A stretch of DNA of 64,000 nt, taken from assembly GCA_035529455.1 (NCBI GenBank), contig DATKWQ010000022.1, forward strand, positions 7,418 through 71,417. The letters are read 5' to 3'. This document shows, one piece after another, positions 8,856 to 17,329 of this stretch. The notes under the pieces were generated by a model, which was not told the DNA's origin, did no database searches, and saw only the letters and a list, made by a program, of their open reading frames with translations. How positions within the stretch are numbered: position 1 is the first letter of the stretch; each line of letters opens with the position of its first letter. Made by a program: the position numbers and the translations under genes. Source of the DNA: Thermoplasmata archaeon (GTDB lineage Archaea > Thermoplasmatota > Thermoplasmata > UBA10834).

Positions 8856-10935
8856 ATCTCCACTTCAGCTCCTCGGCGCGGGCGCGTGCCGCATCGGCGT
8901 TTTTCGCTTTGCCAAGCGCCTCAAACGCCCTCACCATGATCTCGAACGGCTCCCAATCGTTCCTGTCTATGCCCGATGCCATCATTGCCGCGTCCAACGC
9001 ATCCTCGAACCTGTCCAGGCCGAGTAGGGCGTTGGCAAGACACAGGGCTGCAGTGTGGTCTCCTGGAGATCCGTCCAAGACCGCACGAAGCCCCTCCACG
9101 GCCTCGTCCCAATCACCGTTCGTGTACGCCACCTCCGCGGCAAGTCTGCGGCGCTCGTCGGGCGGACAACGCGCCACCAACACGGACGCGGCATCGCGCC
9201 CCCTGGCACGGACCAGGGCCCTGACGAGAGTTGTGCGCCCAGTGGCTGTCAGGTCTTCCGAGGCAAAGGCGGACAACTTGGTAACGACGCCGTCCCAATC
9301 ACCCCTGTGGGCCAAGAAGACCGCATACGGAAGAACGAAGTCGATGCCTCCGTGTCGCTCCATCGCCTCCGTCAGCTCTGGCGGGATCTCGGGAATGTCG
9401 TAGACCCTGCATATCTCCAATGCCAACGGCAGAGCGGACATGTCTGGATGGCGAGATATGACTGCTCGGACGGCTGAATCGAGTGCCTCGGCGTGCCTTC
9501 CGAGACGCATGAGCGCTATCGCTCTGAAGTTCCACGGGTCGCCATCATAGGCATATCGTGACCGGAGCTCGTCGGCGCAGCTGAACGCCTTCGAGAATGA
9601 CTCATGAGCACCGGCTCCATCGCCCATCTCCAACAACAGGTCGCCACGGTCCAGCCATCCGTCGCAGAGCAGAGGGTTGATCGCCAACGCGTTGTCGATC
9701 GAGGAAAGAGCATCGTCCATCCTCCCAAGCTGTCTCGCCACCGACGACCTTGCCTTCCATGCCTCCTCGTACGAGGGGTTGATGTCGAGCGACTCGAGCA
9801 GCAGCTCGTAGCCTTCCTCGGGTTCTCCCACTGCGGCCTTGCACACTCCCTTCGCAAACAGAGCATAGTCGAAGTCCGGACGTATCTCGAGCGACCTGTT
9901 GTGGAAGGGGATCGCGTCCCCGTATCTGCCCATCTTCTCCAGGGCGTTCCCTATGTTGTTCCACGCGATCTCGTAGTCCGGGTCAACGTTGATCGCGTCG
10001 ACGAAGCGGGGGATGGACTCGGCGTAATGACCCAGGTTGTACAGGGCGTTGCCGAGGTTGTTGAGCAGGATCGGGTCGACAGCGTCTATCTCGAGCGCCT
10101 TCGTGTAGCACTTCACCGCCTCCTTCAGGCGGTCGACCCCGTGCAGGCAATATCCCTTGTTGTACCACGCGTGTTTGTATTCGGGACTTATCTCGATTGC
10201 CCTGTCGAAGGCCGCGAGGGCCCTGTCGGCCTGTCCGGCACAGAAGCAGCTGTACCCGAAGTTGTTCCATATCTGCGGGTCGTTAGGAGACCGTTTGAGC
10301 GCCTTCTCAAAAGACATGATCGCCTCCTCGTACTCGCCGAGCGTGTGTCTCACGCCCCCGAGGTGGACGTAGCCGAGGGCGTCGTCCGGGTTCGACGCGA
10401 TGTACCACTTGCAGCATTCGACAGCCGACGCGCCGTCCCGCGCCTCGACATACAGGTCGGCTTTGATCAGCCATAGGGACCTGTCGCCTCCTGATGGAAC
10501 GGATATCTTCCGCGTAGTCATCCTGGCGCGCCTGCGAAGGCCGATCTCGTTGTACGACTCCGCCAGTCCGATGAGGTTCTCCGCGCGGTCGTGATTGAGC
10601 CGATGGGCCTTCGAATACGCCCTTGATGCCTGCCAATATCGTTCCTGAGCGAACAGACAGTTGCCCAGGTTGTGCCACGCAAGCTCGTACGAAGGTGATT
10701 CGGATATCGCTGACCTGTAGCACTCGGCGGCCTCGAGCCTCCTGCCAATGGCATCGAGGGCCGCGCCCTTGTTGTTCAGGGCGACGATACTCGACAGCCC
10801 CTTGGCGATCGCCCCGTCCAAGAGCTCGATCGCGAGCATGTACTCGCCCCTGTCGTATGCCTCATTCGCCTTGGCGAACAGGGCGGACGCCTCCGCCGGT
10901 TCGTCTGGATTGCCACCATGGGCTATCTTGGTCAA
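8818..10935 (-). CDS. TPR-repeat protein (about 16 TPR units)
   Basis: 705 aa of consecutive 34-aa TPR units with W-LG-Y / A-F-A-P consensus positions (e.g. AWYNKGYCLHGVDRLKEAVKCYTKALEIDA). TTG start per the ORF track; no signal peptide. Confidence 0.8.
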   Translation of the reverse strand: MTKIAHGGNPDEPAEASALFAKANEAYDRGEYMLAIELLDGAIAKGLSSIVALNNKGAALDAIGRRLEAAECYRSAISESPSYELAWHNLGNCLFAQERYWQASRAYSKAHRLNHDRAENLIGLAESYNEIGLRRRARMTTRKISVPSGGDRSLWLIKADLYVEARDGASAVECCKWYIASNPDDALGYVHLGGVRHTLGEYEEAIMSFEKALKRSPNDPQIWNNFGYSCFCAGQADRALAAFDRAIEISPEYKHAWYNKGYCLHGVDRLKEAVKCYTKALEIDAVDPILLNNLGNALYNLGHYAESIPRFVDAINVDPDYEIAWNNIGNALEKMGRYGDAIPFHNRSLEIRPDFDYALFAKGVCKAAVGEPEEGYELLLESLDINPSYEEAWKARSSVARQLGRMDDALSSIDNALAINPLLCDGWLDRGDLLLEMGDGAGAHESFSKAFSCADELRSRYAYDGDPWNFRAIALMRLGRHAEALDSAVRAVISRHPDMSALPLALEICRVYDIPEIPPELTEAMERHGGIDFVLPYAVFLAHRGDWDGVVTKLSAFASEDLTATGRTTLVRALVRARGRDAASVLVARCPPDERRRLAAEVAYTNGDWDEAVEGLRAVLDGSPGDHTAALCLANALLGLDRFEDALDAAMMASGIDRNDWEPFEIMVRAFEALGKAKNADAARARAEELKWRCGAEPAGMRSAG

Positions 10936-11057
10936 GCGTACTTTCCATGCGCAGAGACGTAGATATTCTTTTTGAATGGGGGTGCTTGTCGCCGCGCCTC
11001 CCCCAAAGTTTATATTTGATATCGCGTATAATTCACCCTTCCGAGGTGTGTCGCGAG

Positions 11058-11843
11058 ATGCTCGTTCTCTTCAGTCCTTCGCCGCAGTCCATCGTCACCG
11101 CGTATCTCGCAAGCAGGGTCCACAACGGCAAGCCAATCGAGAGCACGCGAGGCCAGAAGTTCTTCTTCGAGGAGACACTCGACGCGGACAAGGCGGACTA
11201 CGACGAGCTCTATTCTGAATTCAGGGAAAGGTTCGGCGGACTGGACTTCCTTGAGAACGAGAAGCTGAACGGCATACTCGAGGACGAGATATTCTGGGCA
11301 TCTAGGTTCGCTGCCAGGGACAGATACCAGCTGGTCTTCAGGGTGCTCGAACTGATAGAGAAGAAAGGCACCAAGGCGTATCTCTCCCAGGAAACCCCGG
11401 AGGCGAATGAGATGAAGGACAGAGTCCGCCGAGTGACCGGAGAGTTCCGCAGGGCACGGGACTTCCTGTCGTTCACGGAGGACTCCGCCAACAAGGCGAT
11501 CATAGGCCGCGCGAGCTTCGAGCACAGGGTTGTCGACCTTGTCCTCAGACACTTCGCCCGCAGGAAACCAGGCTATGCGGTCGTGATACTCGACGAGGAG
11601 CACGCCCATATATGCTTGAACAACGAGATACTGATAGAGTCGCGTGACAGGTTCCCGAGCAGGAAAGAGAGGAAGGACGCCAAGCGTTTCTGGCTGCTGC
11701 TGTCAGATATGAAGAACCTGAATTCGAAGAAGGACCCCGAGTACTATAGTGAGACGCTCCCGGAGAACTACTGGAAATGGGTGACAGAGGGTACGGAGGT
11801 CGCGACGTCGTCGAATGTGAAGACTCTGGACAACTTCACGTGA
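11058..11843 (+). CDS. DUF4130-like protein ('probable DNA metabolism protein', TIGR03915-like)
   Basis: 261 aa from ATG 11058. Region VTGEFRRARDFLSFTE...AIIGRASFEHRVVDLVLRHFARRKPGYAVVILDEEH resembles the DUF4130 core (hrv-GflRF ... ePeh.vl.ll..HF..R.....w.I.D). The longer ORF-track version (from 10623) overlaps the TPR gene and is rejected. A TATA-like tttatattt sits at 11004-11015. Confidence 0.45.
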   Translation: MLVLFSPSPQSIVTAYLASRVHNGKPIESTRGQKFFFEETLDADKADYDELYSEFRERFGGLDFLENEKLNGILEDEIFWASRFAARDRYQLVFRVLELIEKKGTKAYLSQETPEANEMKDRVRRVTGEFRRARDFLSFTEDSANKAIIGRASFEHRVVDLVLRHFARRKPGYAVVILDEEHAHICLNNEILIESRDRFPSRKERKDAKRFWLLLSDMKNLNSKKDPEYYSETLPENYWKWVTEGTEVATSSNVKTLDNFT

Positions 11844-11990
11844 GCGCCCACGACAATTACGTCCATCATTGCACATCGTTGGCAGGACAGTCTTGCTGGA
11901 GCCTGGCCAGAACGGCGAATTTTGCCGAATGAGTTATTAAGCCATCATCACCTTAACTTCGCCTAGGGCATCATCTTAGGAGCAACGGCT

Positions 11991-12704
11991 TTGAACGGTG
12001 AAAAGCAGAGTCTGGGACTCGGCGAAGAGCTCCCGGCGTACATGGACCTCTTGAGTCATGATATTCTCAATCTGAACCAAACGGTGCTGAGCAGCATCGA
12101 GTTCATGACATCTTCGTCATCCCTGGACGACAGGGCGATGGAGCACGCGGAGAGAGCAACGTCGCAGATAAGGATCTCAACACTGCTGGTGGAGAGCATC
12201 AACAAGCTCTGCCTGCTCCAGAAGGAAGACGATCTGAGGACGACGACGGTCGTCCTGGCGGACGAGGTCGCAAAGGCGATCCACGCACTCAACGACATAT
12301 TGCCGCACCGAGGAGTGCGCCTGACGGTCGAGAGCAGCCCAGAAGCTGTCGTTATGGATTCGAAGGACATGGTCTCGCAGTCGATCCTCAACGCACTCAT
12401 CAACATGGTACAGCTTGACCCATCCGAGTCACCGGAGATAACGATAAAGACGGAACGACCGGGAACCGATGGACTCACATGGCGTGTGCGCCTTGAGGAC
12501 TCGAACCTGGCCCTCTCCAAGAATCTCGACCTGGACACCATCGTGAGCGAGTCTGGCGAGTCTCGTTCCAAGACCGTGAGACTCGCTGGCATCTTGCTGT
12601 CGAAGATGATGGTGGAGACGCTCGGTGGAGAGATAGAGATTGACTGCTGCAACGAACGCGGGGGCGCATTCTTGATGACATACAGGGGAGCGGTCAGCAC
12701 ATGA
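11991..12704 (+). CDS. Cytoplasmic sensor histidine kinase (HisKA + HATPase_c, no TM or sensor domain)
   Basis: Phospho-acceptor His in AYMDLLSHDILNLNQTV; ATPase G-boxes LGGEIEI...ERGGAFLMTY. TTG start with AGGAG upstream. Confidence 0.7.
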   Translation: MNGEKQSLGLGEELPAYMDLLSHDILNLNQTVLSSIEFMTSSSSLDDRAMEHAERATSQIRISTLLVESINKLCLLQKEDDLRTTTVVLADEVAKAIHALNDILPHRGVRLTVESSPEAVVMDSKDMVSQSILNALINMVQLDPSESPEITIKTERPGTDGLTWRVRLEDSNLALSKNLDLDTIVSESGESRSKTVRLAGILLSKMMVETLGGEIEIDCCNERGGAFLMTYRGAVST

Positions 12705-13081
12705 CAAGTGTTCTGATTGTAGATGATGAGCTGTTCATAGTCGAGCTGTACAGGGACATCCTGCAGCTGAGAGGGTACAAGGTGATGGGCACAGCCTTCG
12801 ACGGAGAGGAGGCCATTAGGAGATACAGTGACTCCTTCGAGAAGCCGGATGTGGTGATCATGGACCACAGGATGCCCGTCATGAACGGGGTCGAAGCGAC
12901 GCGCGAGATCATGAGGCTTAACCCTAACCAGAAAGTCATATTCGTGAGTGCGGACGTCCTCGTGGAGAAGGAGGCCAGGGAAGCTGGGGCGACGGAGTTC
13001 CTCCCCAAGCCGTTCAGGATGGACGACCTCATCGAGCGGATGCAGAAGGTCTCGACCGTGTCAGTCATGAAGGCATTCTGA
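12701..13081 (+). CDS. CheY-like response regulator, receiver domain only
   Basis: LIVDDE, phospho-acceptor D in VVIMDHRMPVMNG, VIFVSAD, K in EFLPKPF. A 4-nt ATGA overlap with the kinase gene suggests translational coupling. Confidence 0.85.
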   Translation: MTSVLIVDDELFIVELYRDILQLRGYKVMGTAFDGEEAIRRYSDSFEKPDVVIMDHRMPVMNGVEATREIMRLNPNQKVIFVSADVLVEKEAREAGATEFLPKPFRMDDLIERMQKVSTVSVMKAF

Positions 13082-13206
13082 GGCCAGACCCCGCCTGATA
13101 AATATGTCACTGCGGATATAGTAAGAGATAAGTTGAAGATGAGGGCTATCATACCTGAACGAAGGTTACGGCATTGACGACGGACGGTTTCACAAAGGCT
13201 AAAGCC

Positions 13207-14241
13207 ATGCATTTCCCCAGACAGGTCCTCGCAGGACACGATGTGGTCCGCGAGATTGGGCAGATGTCCAAGGATTTCGAGCTCGACGGCCCGGTCCTCC
13301 TCGTGACCGGCACGACGACTGGCAACCTCGCGGCAAAGCTGGTGGCTAGCATACTCGAAGAGCATGGCTACGAGGTCCACACTATCACGGTGGGGGAAGC
13401 CAGCAGGGATAACCTCGTGAAGGTCGAGGAACACACGAAGGAGGTCGGCGCGTCCTTCCTGATCGGTGTCGGGGGCGGCAGCAAGATCGACCTCGCGAAA
13501 CTCGCGTCAGGCAACCTGAGAATGCCGTTCCTGAGCGTGCCCACTTCCGCGTCCCACGACGGCATCGCAAGTCCCAGGGCGTCCATCAAGGACGGTGGTA
13601 ACTCGCTGTCGCTCAATGCGAGCGTGCCCCTCGGAGTGGTGGCTGACACAGCGCTGATAGTGAAGGCCCCGTACAGACTGCTCGCATCCGGGTGTGCGGA
13701 CGTCATATCGAACACAACGGCCGTGCTGGATTGGGAGCTCGCGTCGAGGCTGAGAGGCGAGTTCTTCAGCTCGAGCGCGGCGAACCTCGCCAAGTACGCC
13801 GCTGAGTCCATCATAGAAAACGCCTCGGCGATAAAACCCAACCTGGAGGACAGCGTCTGGGTGGCCATAAGGCCCATCATAATCTCCGGGATATCCATGG
13901 CTGTGGCGAGCTCCTCGCGGCCTACGAGCGGCTCTGAGCACATGTTCTCACACGTTCTCGATAAAGCGGCGCCAGGCAAGGCTCTCCACGGGGAGCAGTG
14001 CGGCGTCGGGTCAATCATGATGATGTATCTCCACGGAGGTGACTGGGAGAGACTCCGCGAAGCCCTGCGCCAGATAGGCGCGCCGACGAGTGCGGAGGAG
14101 CTCGGCATACCGGCGGAGCAGGTGATAGACGCTCTCGTGCACGCGCACGAGATAAGGAAAGACAGGTACACCATCCTAGGAGACAGAGGGTTGACCCCCG
14201 ACGCCGCTGAGCGACTGGCAGGGATCACAAAGGTGATCTGA
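13207..14241 (+). CDS. egsA: Glycerol-1-phosphate dehydrogenase [NAD(P)+], archaeal ether-lipid backbone enzyme
   Basis: GldA/iron-ADH-like fold: GGGSKIDLAK, SVPTSASHDGIASPRASIK, 345 aa from ATG 13207. The ORF-track TTG at 13174 is also possible. Confidence 0.8.
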   Translation: MHFPRQVLAGHDVVREIGQMSKDFELDGPVLLVTGTTTGNLAAKLVASILEEHGYEVHTITVGEASRDNLVKVEEHTKEVGASFLIGVGGGSKIDLAKLASGNLRMPFLSVPTSASHDGIASPRASIKDGGNSLSLNASVPLGVVADTALIVKAPYRLLASGCADVISNTTAVLDWELASRLRGEFFSSSAANLAKYAAESIIENASAIKPNLEDSVWVAIRPIIISGISMAVASSSRPTSGSEHMFSHVLDKAAPGKALHGEQCGVGSIMMMYLHGGDWERLREALRQIGAPTSAEELGIPAEQVIDALVHAHEIRKDRYTILGDRGLTPDAAERLAGITKVI

Positions 14242-14267
14242 ACAAGCGGCAACGAGGGGTGTAAGGT

Positions 14268-14696
14268 ATGGTACTGGTCACAGTCGTAGGCAAGATGCAG
14301 TGTAAGGTAGGCTTCGAGTTCGTTTTTGGCGGCCCTCTGGCAGAATGCAGGGACTGCAAGGTGAGGAACGTATGCTTCCACCTGGAGGAGAACAGGAGAT
14401 ACCGCGTGAGGAGCATCAGGGAAGTGCAGCACGAGTGCAGGATCCACGAGGACGGCGTAAGGGTGGTCGAGGTCGAGAAGATACCGATGCGGGCGATGAT
14501 CCCCGCGAAGGCCGCTCTCGAAGGGGCCATGCTGACATTCGAAGAGATCGAATGCAAGTACCTCAGATGCCCGAATTACCGACTGTGCAAGCCCTTGGGC
14601 GCGTTGGAGGGCATGAGGTTCAAGATATCCTCTGTCGAGAGCGGAGACGTCCAGTGCGAGAAAGGGGAGCACCTGAGAACGATTCTCCTCGAGTGA
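14268..14696 (+). CDS. UPF0179-family conserved archaeal protein (Cys-rich)
   Basis: 142 aa; MVLVTVVGKMQCKVGFEFVFGGPLAECRDCKVRNVCFHLEENRRYRVRSIREVQHECRIHEDGVRVVEV matches my recollection of the UPF0179 N-terminal pattern. SD-like gaggggtgtaaggt upstream. Confidence 0.5.
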   Translation: MVLVTVVGKMQCKVGFEFVFGGPLAECRDCKVRNVCFHLEENRRYRVRSIREVQHECRIHEDGVRVVEVEKIPMRAMIPAKAALEGAMLTFEEIECKYLRCPNYRLCKPLGALEGMRFKISSVESGDVQCEKGEHLRTILLE

Positions 14697-14726
14697 TGGC
14701 TTCATGACCTGCGTCAGCGGGTGAGG

Positions 14727-16484
14727 TCACTCGTCCAGTTTCCGACCGCGACCAAAGCGGAAGACGGTGAACAACGCCAAGAGTGCGACCACCGGAAGGA
14801 CGACCTGACTGAACTCAGGTATGGCTTCCGAGGAGATGGTCACAATCACGGCGTCGCTGTCCGTATTGCCCGAGGTGTCTCTGACGACGAGCGTCACGAC
14901 ATATTCCCCCTCGTCCAAGAACGTGTACGACGGAGACACACCATAGAGCTCGACCGGTGACGAGTCGTACGTGAAACTCCAAGTGTAGTTGTCTATGCCG
15001 ACATCATCCGTCGAGCCGGAACCCGTGAAGGGCACAGGCATGCCCACATAGCCTGAGATGTCCGCCCCTGCGTCGGCGACTGGGTCTTCATCGTCGAGGA
15101 GGATCGAGAATATGTGCACATCGTACGGTGCGTACATCGGCGATGAGAGGCTCACACCGCCCTCATCCGAGGCTGAGATGAAATACTCCACGCTGGCGCC
15201 TGCCCCAGGGAAGGGCATCTCGACAGAGTATGTGTCGTTCCCCGAAGTCTTGGGCATGGACACATCGACCCAGCTGCCGCCGTTCACGCGGTAATGCAAC
15301 GTGGTCGAGTCCGTGTCGACTCCTCTTGCCGCCGTGATGTCCGCCTCGATATCAAGGTCTGCGTCCACAGGGACCGAGCCGCTCAGCGGCACATGGTCGA
15401 TGTCGAACTGGCGGTCGTTCCTGTCCCCAGCCATTTCAATCAGAAGCAGCGCAGGTGGGATGTTCTCCGCTATTTGAGCGAGCACTGTATCCTCTTCCTC
15501 GGGATGGAACCCATCCTGCGAACCGCCGACCTCGAAGAGTATCGCATACACATCCACGCCACCATATAGCCAATCGAGGGAATCCCCCGTTGTAGGATAC
15601 AGACCTACAGACTGGTCCGCTGTGTATCCGTTGAGGGCTGCTAGAGCGTTGCCGATCCTCACGAGATCATCGTTGTCCGGGGGCAGGTCGGTCGTGTACC
15701 CCCATGGCCACATCACGAGGTCGGAATAAGTGTGGAAGTCTATCGCCGCGACGAAGCTCCGGTTGAGGGCCAGGTCGCGAATCGCCTGCGTTTCGGGCTC
15801 CGAGAAAGGGTATTCGCCGCAATAAAGGTCGTTGGACGTGTAACTGGAGGTGCCAGCACCGCCCCATTCACCGAGGGGGTCGCCGTTCTGGGAACCGTTG
15901 TAGTTTCTGTTGAGGTCGACACCGAAAGTGCCGTCACCGTTGTCCCGCCTGTTCTTCCGCCAGCCGTCGTTCAGAGGGTCGGCCATGGAATAGTCGAGAC
16001 CGTCAGGATTTACAACGGGGACGATCCAAGTCTCCCTGTTGTCGACCAGCCAGCTGATCCTATCATCTGAGCCGTACAGGGCCGTCATGTTCTCGATGAG
16101 CTGCGTCGCGATCTCCGCGGCCGGCCATTCCCTGGCGTGCTGGAGAGCCATTATCAAGACCTCTGGCTCGCCTTCATCGATCTCCACGTTATCGGATATC
16201 TTGATTGCCAGGATGTCCCTGTCTGCGATGCCCTGCGTCTTCTCCCAGCTATCGCCTATGTCGATGACCTTGGCGATCCCAGGGAACTCCGCTTCCGTTG
16301 CATACAGGATATCCTTGATCACCGTGAAGTTCCTGTAGACATAGTCCGGAGAGGGACCAGCGGCAATAGTGACATCCATCGTTCCGTCCATGCCATTCGT
16401 GAATGGGCCTGAGGAAGCCGGGGTTGCAAGCACGACGACGAACATGCAGATGGTCAAAGTGGGCAAGAACCGTGATACAAACAT
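14727..16484 (-). CDS. Secreted M14 zinc carboxypeptidase with C-terminal PKD-like domain and PEF-CTERM anchor
   Basis: Signal peptide MFVSRFLPTLTICMFVVVLATPASSG; M14 motifs HAREWPAAE (HxxE), VNPDGLDY, RKNRRD...GVDLNRNY; PKD-like GSGSTDDVGIDNYTWSF...VTLVVRDTSGN; C-terminus AIPEFSQVVLPVVALLALFTVFRFGRGRK. Confidence 0.8.
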   Translation of the reverse strand: MFVSRFLPTLTICMFVVVLATPASSGPFTNGMDGTMDVTIAAGPSPDYVYRNFTVIKDILYATEAEFPGIAKVIDIGDSWEKTQGIADRDILAIKISDNVEIDEGEPEVLIMALQHAREWPAAEIATQLIENMTALYGSDDRISWLVDNRETWIVPVVNPDGLDYSMADPLNDGWRKNRRDNGDGTFGVDLNRNYNGSQNGDPLGEWGGAGTSSYTSNDLYCGEYPFSEPETQAIRDLALNRSFVAAIDFHTYSDLVMWPWGYTTDLPPDNDDLVRIGNALAALNGYTADQSVGLYPTTGDSLDWLYGGVDVYAILFEVGGSQDGFHPEEEDTVLAQIAENIPPALLLIEMAGDRNDRQFDIDHVPLSGSVPVDADLDIEADITAARGVDTDSTTLHYRVNGGSWVDVSMPKTSGNDTYSVEMPFPGAGASVEYFISASDEGGVSLSSPMYAPYDVHIFSILLDDEDPVADAGADISGYVGMPVPFTGSGSTDDVGIDNYTWSFTYDSSPVELYGVSPSYTFLDEGEYVVTLVVRDTSGNTDSDAVIVTISSEAIPEFSQVVLPVVALLALFTVFRFGRGRKLDE

Positions 16485-16620
16485 CGTATGTCACACCTTC
16501 GTAGCATTGGGTCTGCGACGACCTGACCCCTTGGAGCCAGTGCGCCGAGGATGGCCCTGTTATGGCGGCGTTATGTCACCGGTTGTATATACTGATTCTC
16601 CAGAAAATACGCTCGGATGG

Positions 16621-16866
16621 TCACCCTCCACTCACAGGCGGAAGGAACGACACCTCGTCACCGTCCTTCAGTGTCAGCTTCGAAGGACCATACTCCCTGT
16701 TCACAGAGAGTATGATGTGTTCGCGAAATCTCGCCATGTCCGGGAACCGGTCAATGTACTGCTCCAGGAGCATCTGGACAGTGGCACCTTCCTCGATCTC
16801 AACATCCTCTTCCTTCTTCCCCACAATGTCCCGGAAAGAGGCGAACAACTTGACCTTGATCCGCAC
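16621..16866 (-). CDS. MoaD/ThiS-family ubiquitin-like small protein (SAMP-like), ends in Gly-Gly
   Basis: Core (V/M)RIKVKLFASFRDIVGKKEEDVEIEEGATVQMLLEQYI...LKDGDEVSFLPPVSGG has the beta-grasp pattern and a C-terminal GG. Proposed GTG start at 16866 is preceded by AAGGAG at a 9-nt spacing. The 157-aa ORF-track version carries a low-complexity N-terminal extension. Confidence 0.55.
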   Translation of the reverse strand: MRIKVKLFASFRDIVGKKEEDVEIEEGATVQMLLEQYIDRFPDMARFREHIILSVNREYGPSKLTLKDGDEVSFLPPVSGG

Positions 16867-17061
16867 GAGTATCCGCTCCTTAAACGCTACCACCACATTA
16901 CGAAACCTGATATTCAAACTTACCAGAGGATTTCGACAGACTCGGGGCAAGAGCGCCGGGCAGCTAATGGGGACGATATCACCGTTAACTATATGGGGGT
17001 GTCTTGAGATTCTGTCGAGGATGGCAAACAACTGTTGCACAGAAGAACTGGCGCGATGCAT

Positions 17062-17092
17062 TGATAACAAACATGATAACCATCTTGATAAC
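17062..17092. promoter_or_regulatory. Three phased TGATAAC motifs at 12-bp spacing in the moaD-like/nrdJ divergent intergenic region
   Basis: cattgataacaaacatgataaccatcttgataacaaatac: TGATAAC at 17062, 17074 and 17086. Confidence 0.35.
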
Positions 17093-17329
17093 AAATACTT
17101 GCACTTCCTGTGGAAAAGTGCGGTGAACTGTTACCAAGTCATGTCGGAAAAGTCCTTTTACCCACGTAACCCAATTGCGCAGGCTACGCTCAACAGCAAA
17201 GCTTTTCGCACCCTACGCAGCCAGAGGGGGTTGTCCCTGTGCTGCGATGAACCTGGTGGATGGACCATCGACGGGCGCGGGAAAGGGTTGCCATAAACAT
17301 CGCGATCAACTGCGAGTCAGAGGGGGAAA

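Noticed and set aside
10623-11057. N-terminal 145 codons of the 406-aa ORF-track call for the DUF4130 gene
   Set aside because: This part overlaps the TPR gene start on the opposite strand and is Arg/Pro/Cys-rich. An ATG at 11058 gives a typical 261-aa DUF4130 protein with a TATA-like box upstream.
12056-13434. ORFs of 270 aa and 246 aa antisense to the histidine kinase, response regulator and egsA
   Set aside because: Shadow ORFs; the sense strand carries clear HK, REC and G1PDH motifs.
13368-14705. 445-aa ORF antisense to egsA and the UPF0179 gene
   Set aside because: Typical high-GC antisense shadow ORF with low-complexity Ala/Ser/Leu/Arg-rich composition and no motifs. The sense-strand genes have clear family signatures.
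17095-17329. Cobalamin riboswitch upstream of nrdJ
   Set aside because: I could not find the B12 box (GCCACUG-like) or the conserved GGGAA/GGUG core by eye. Kept only as a low-interest item to test with Rfam.
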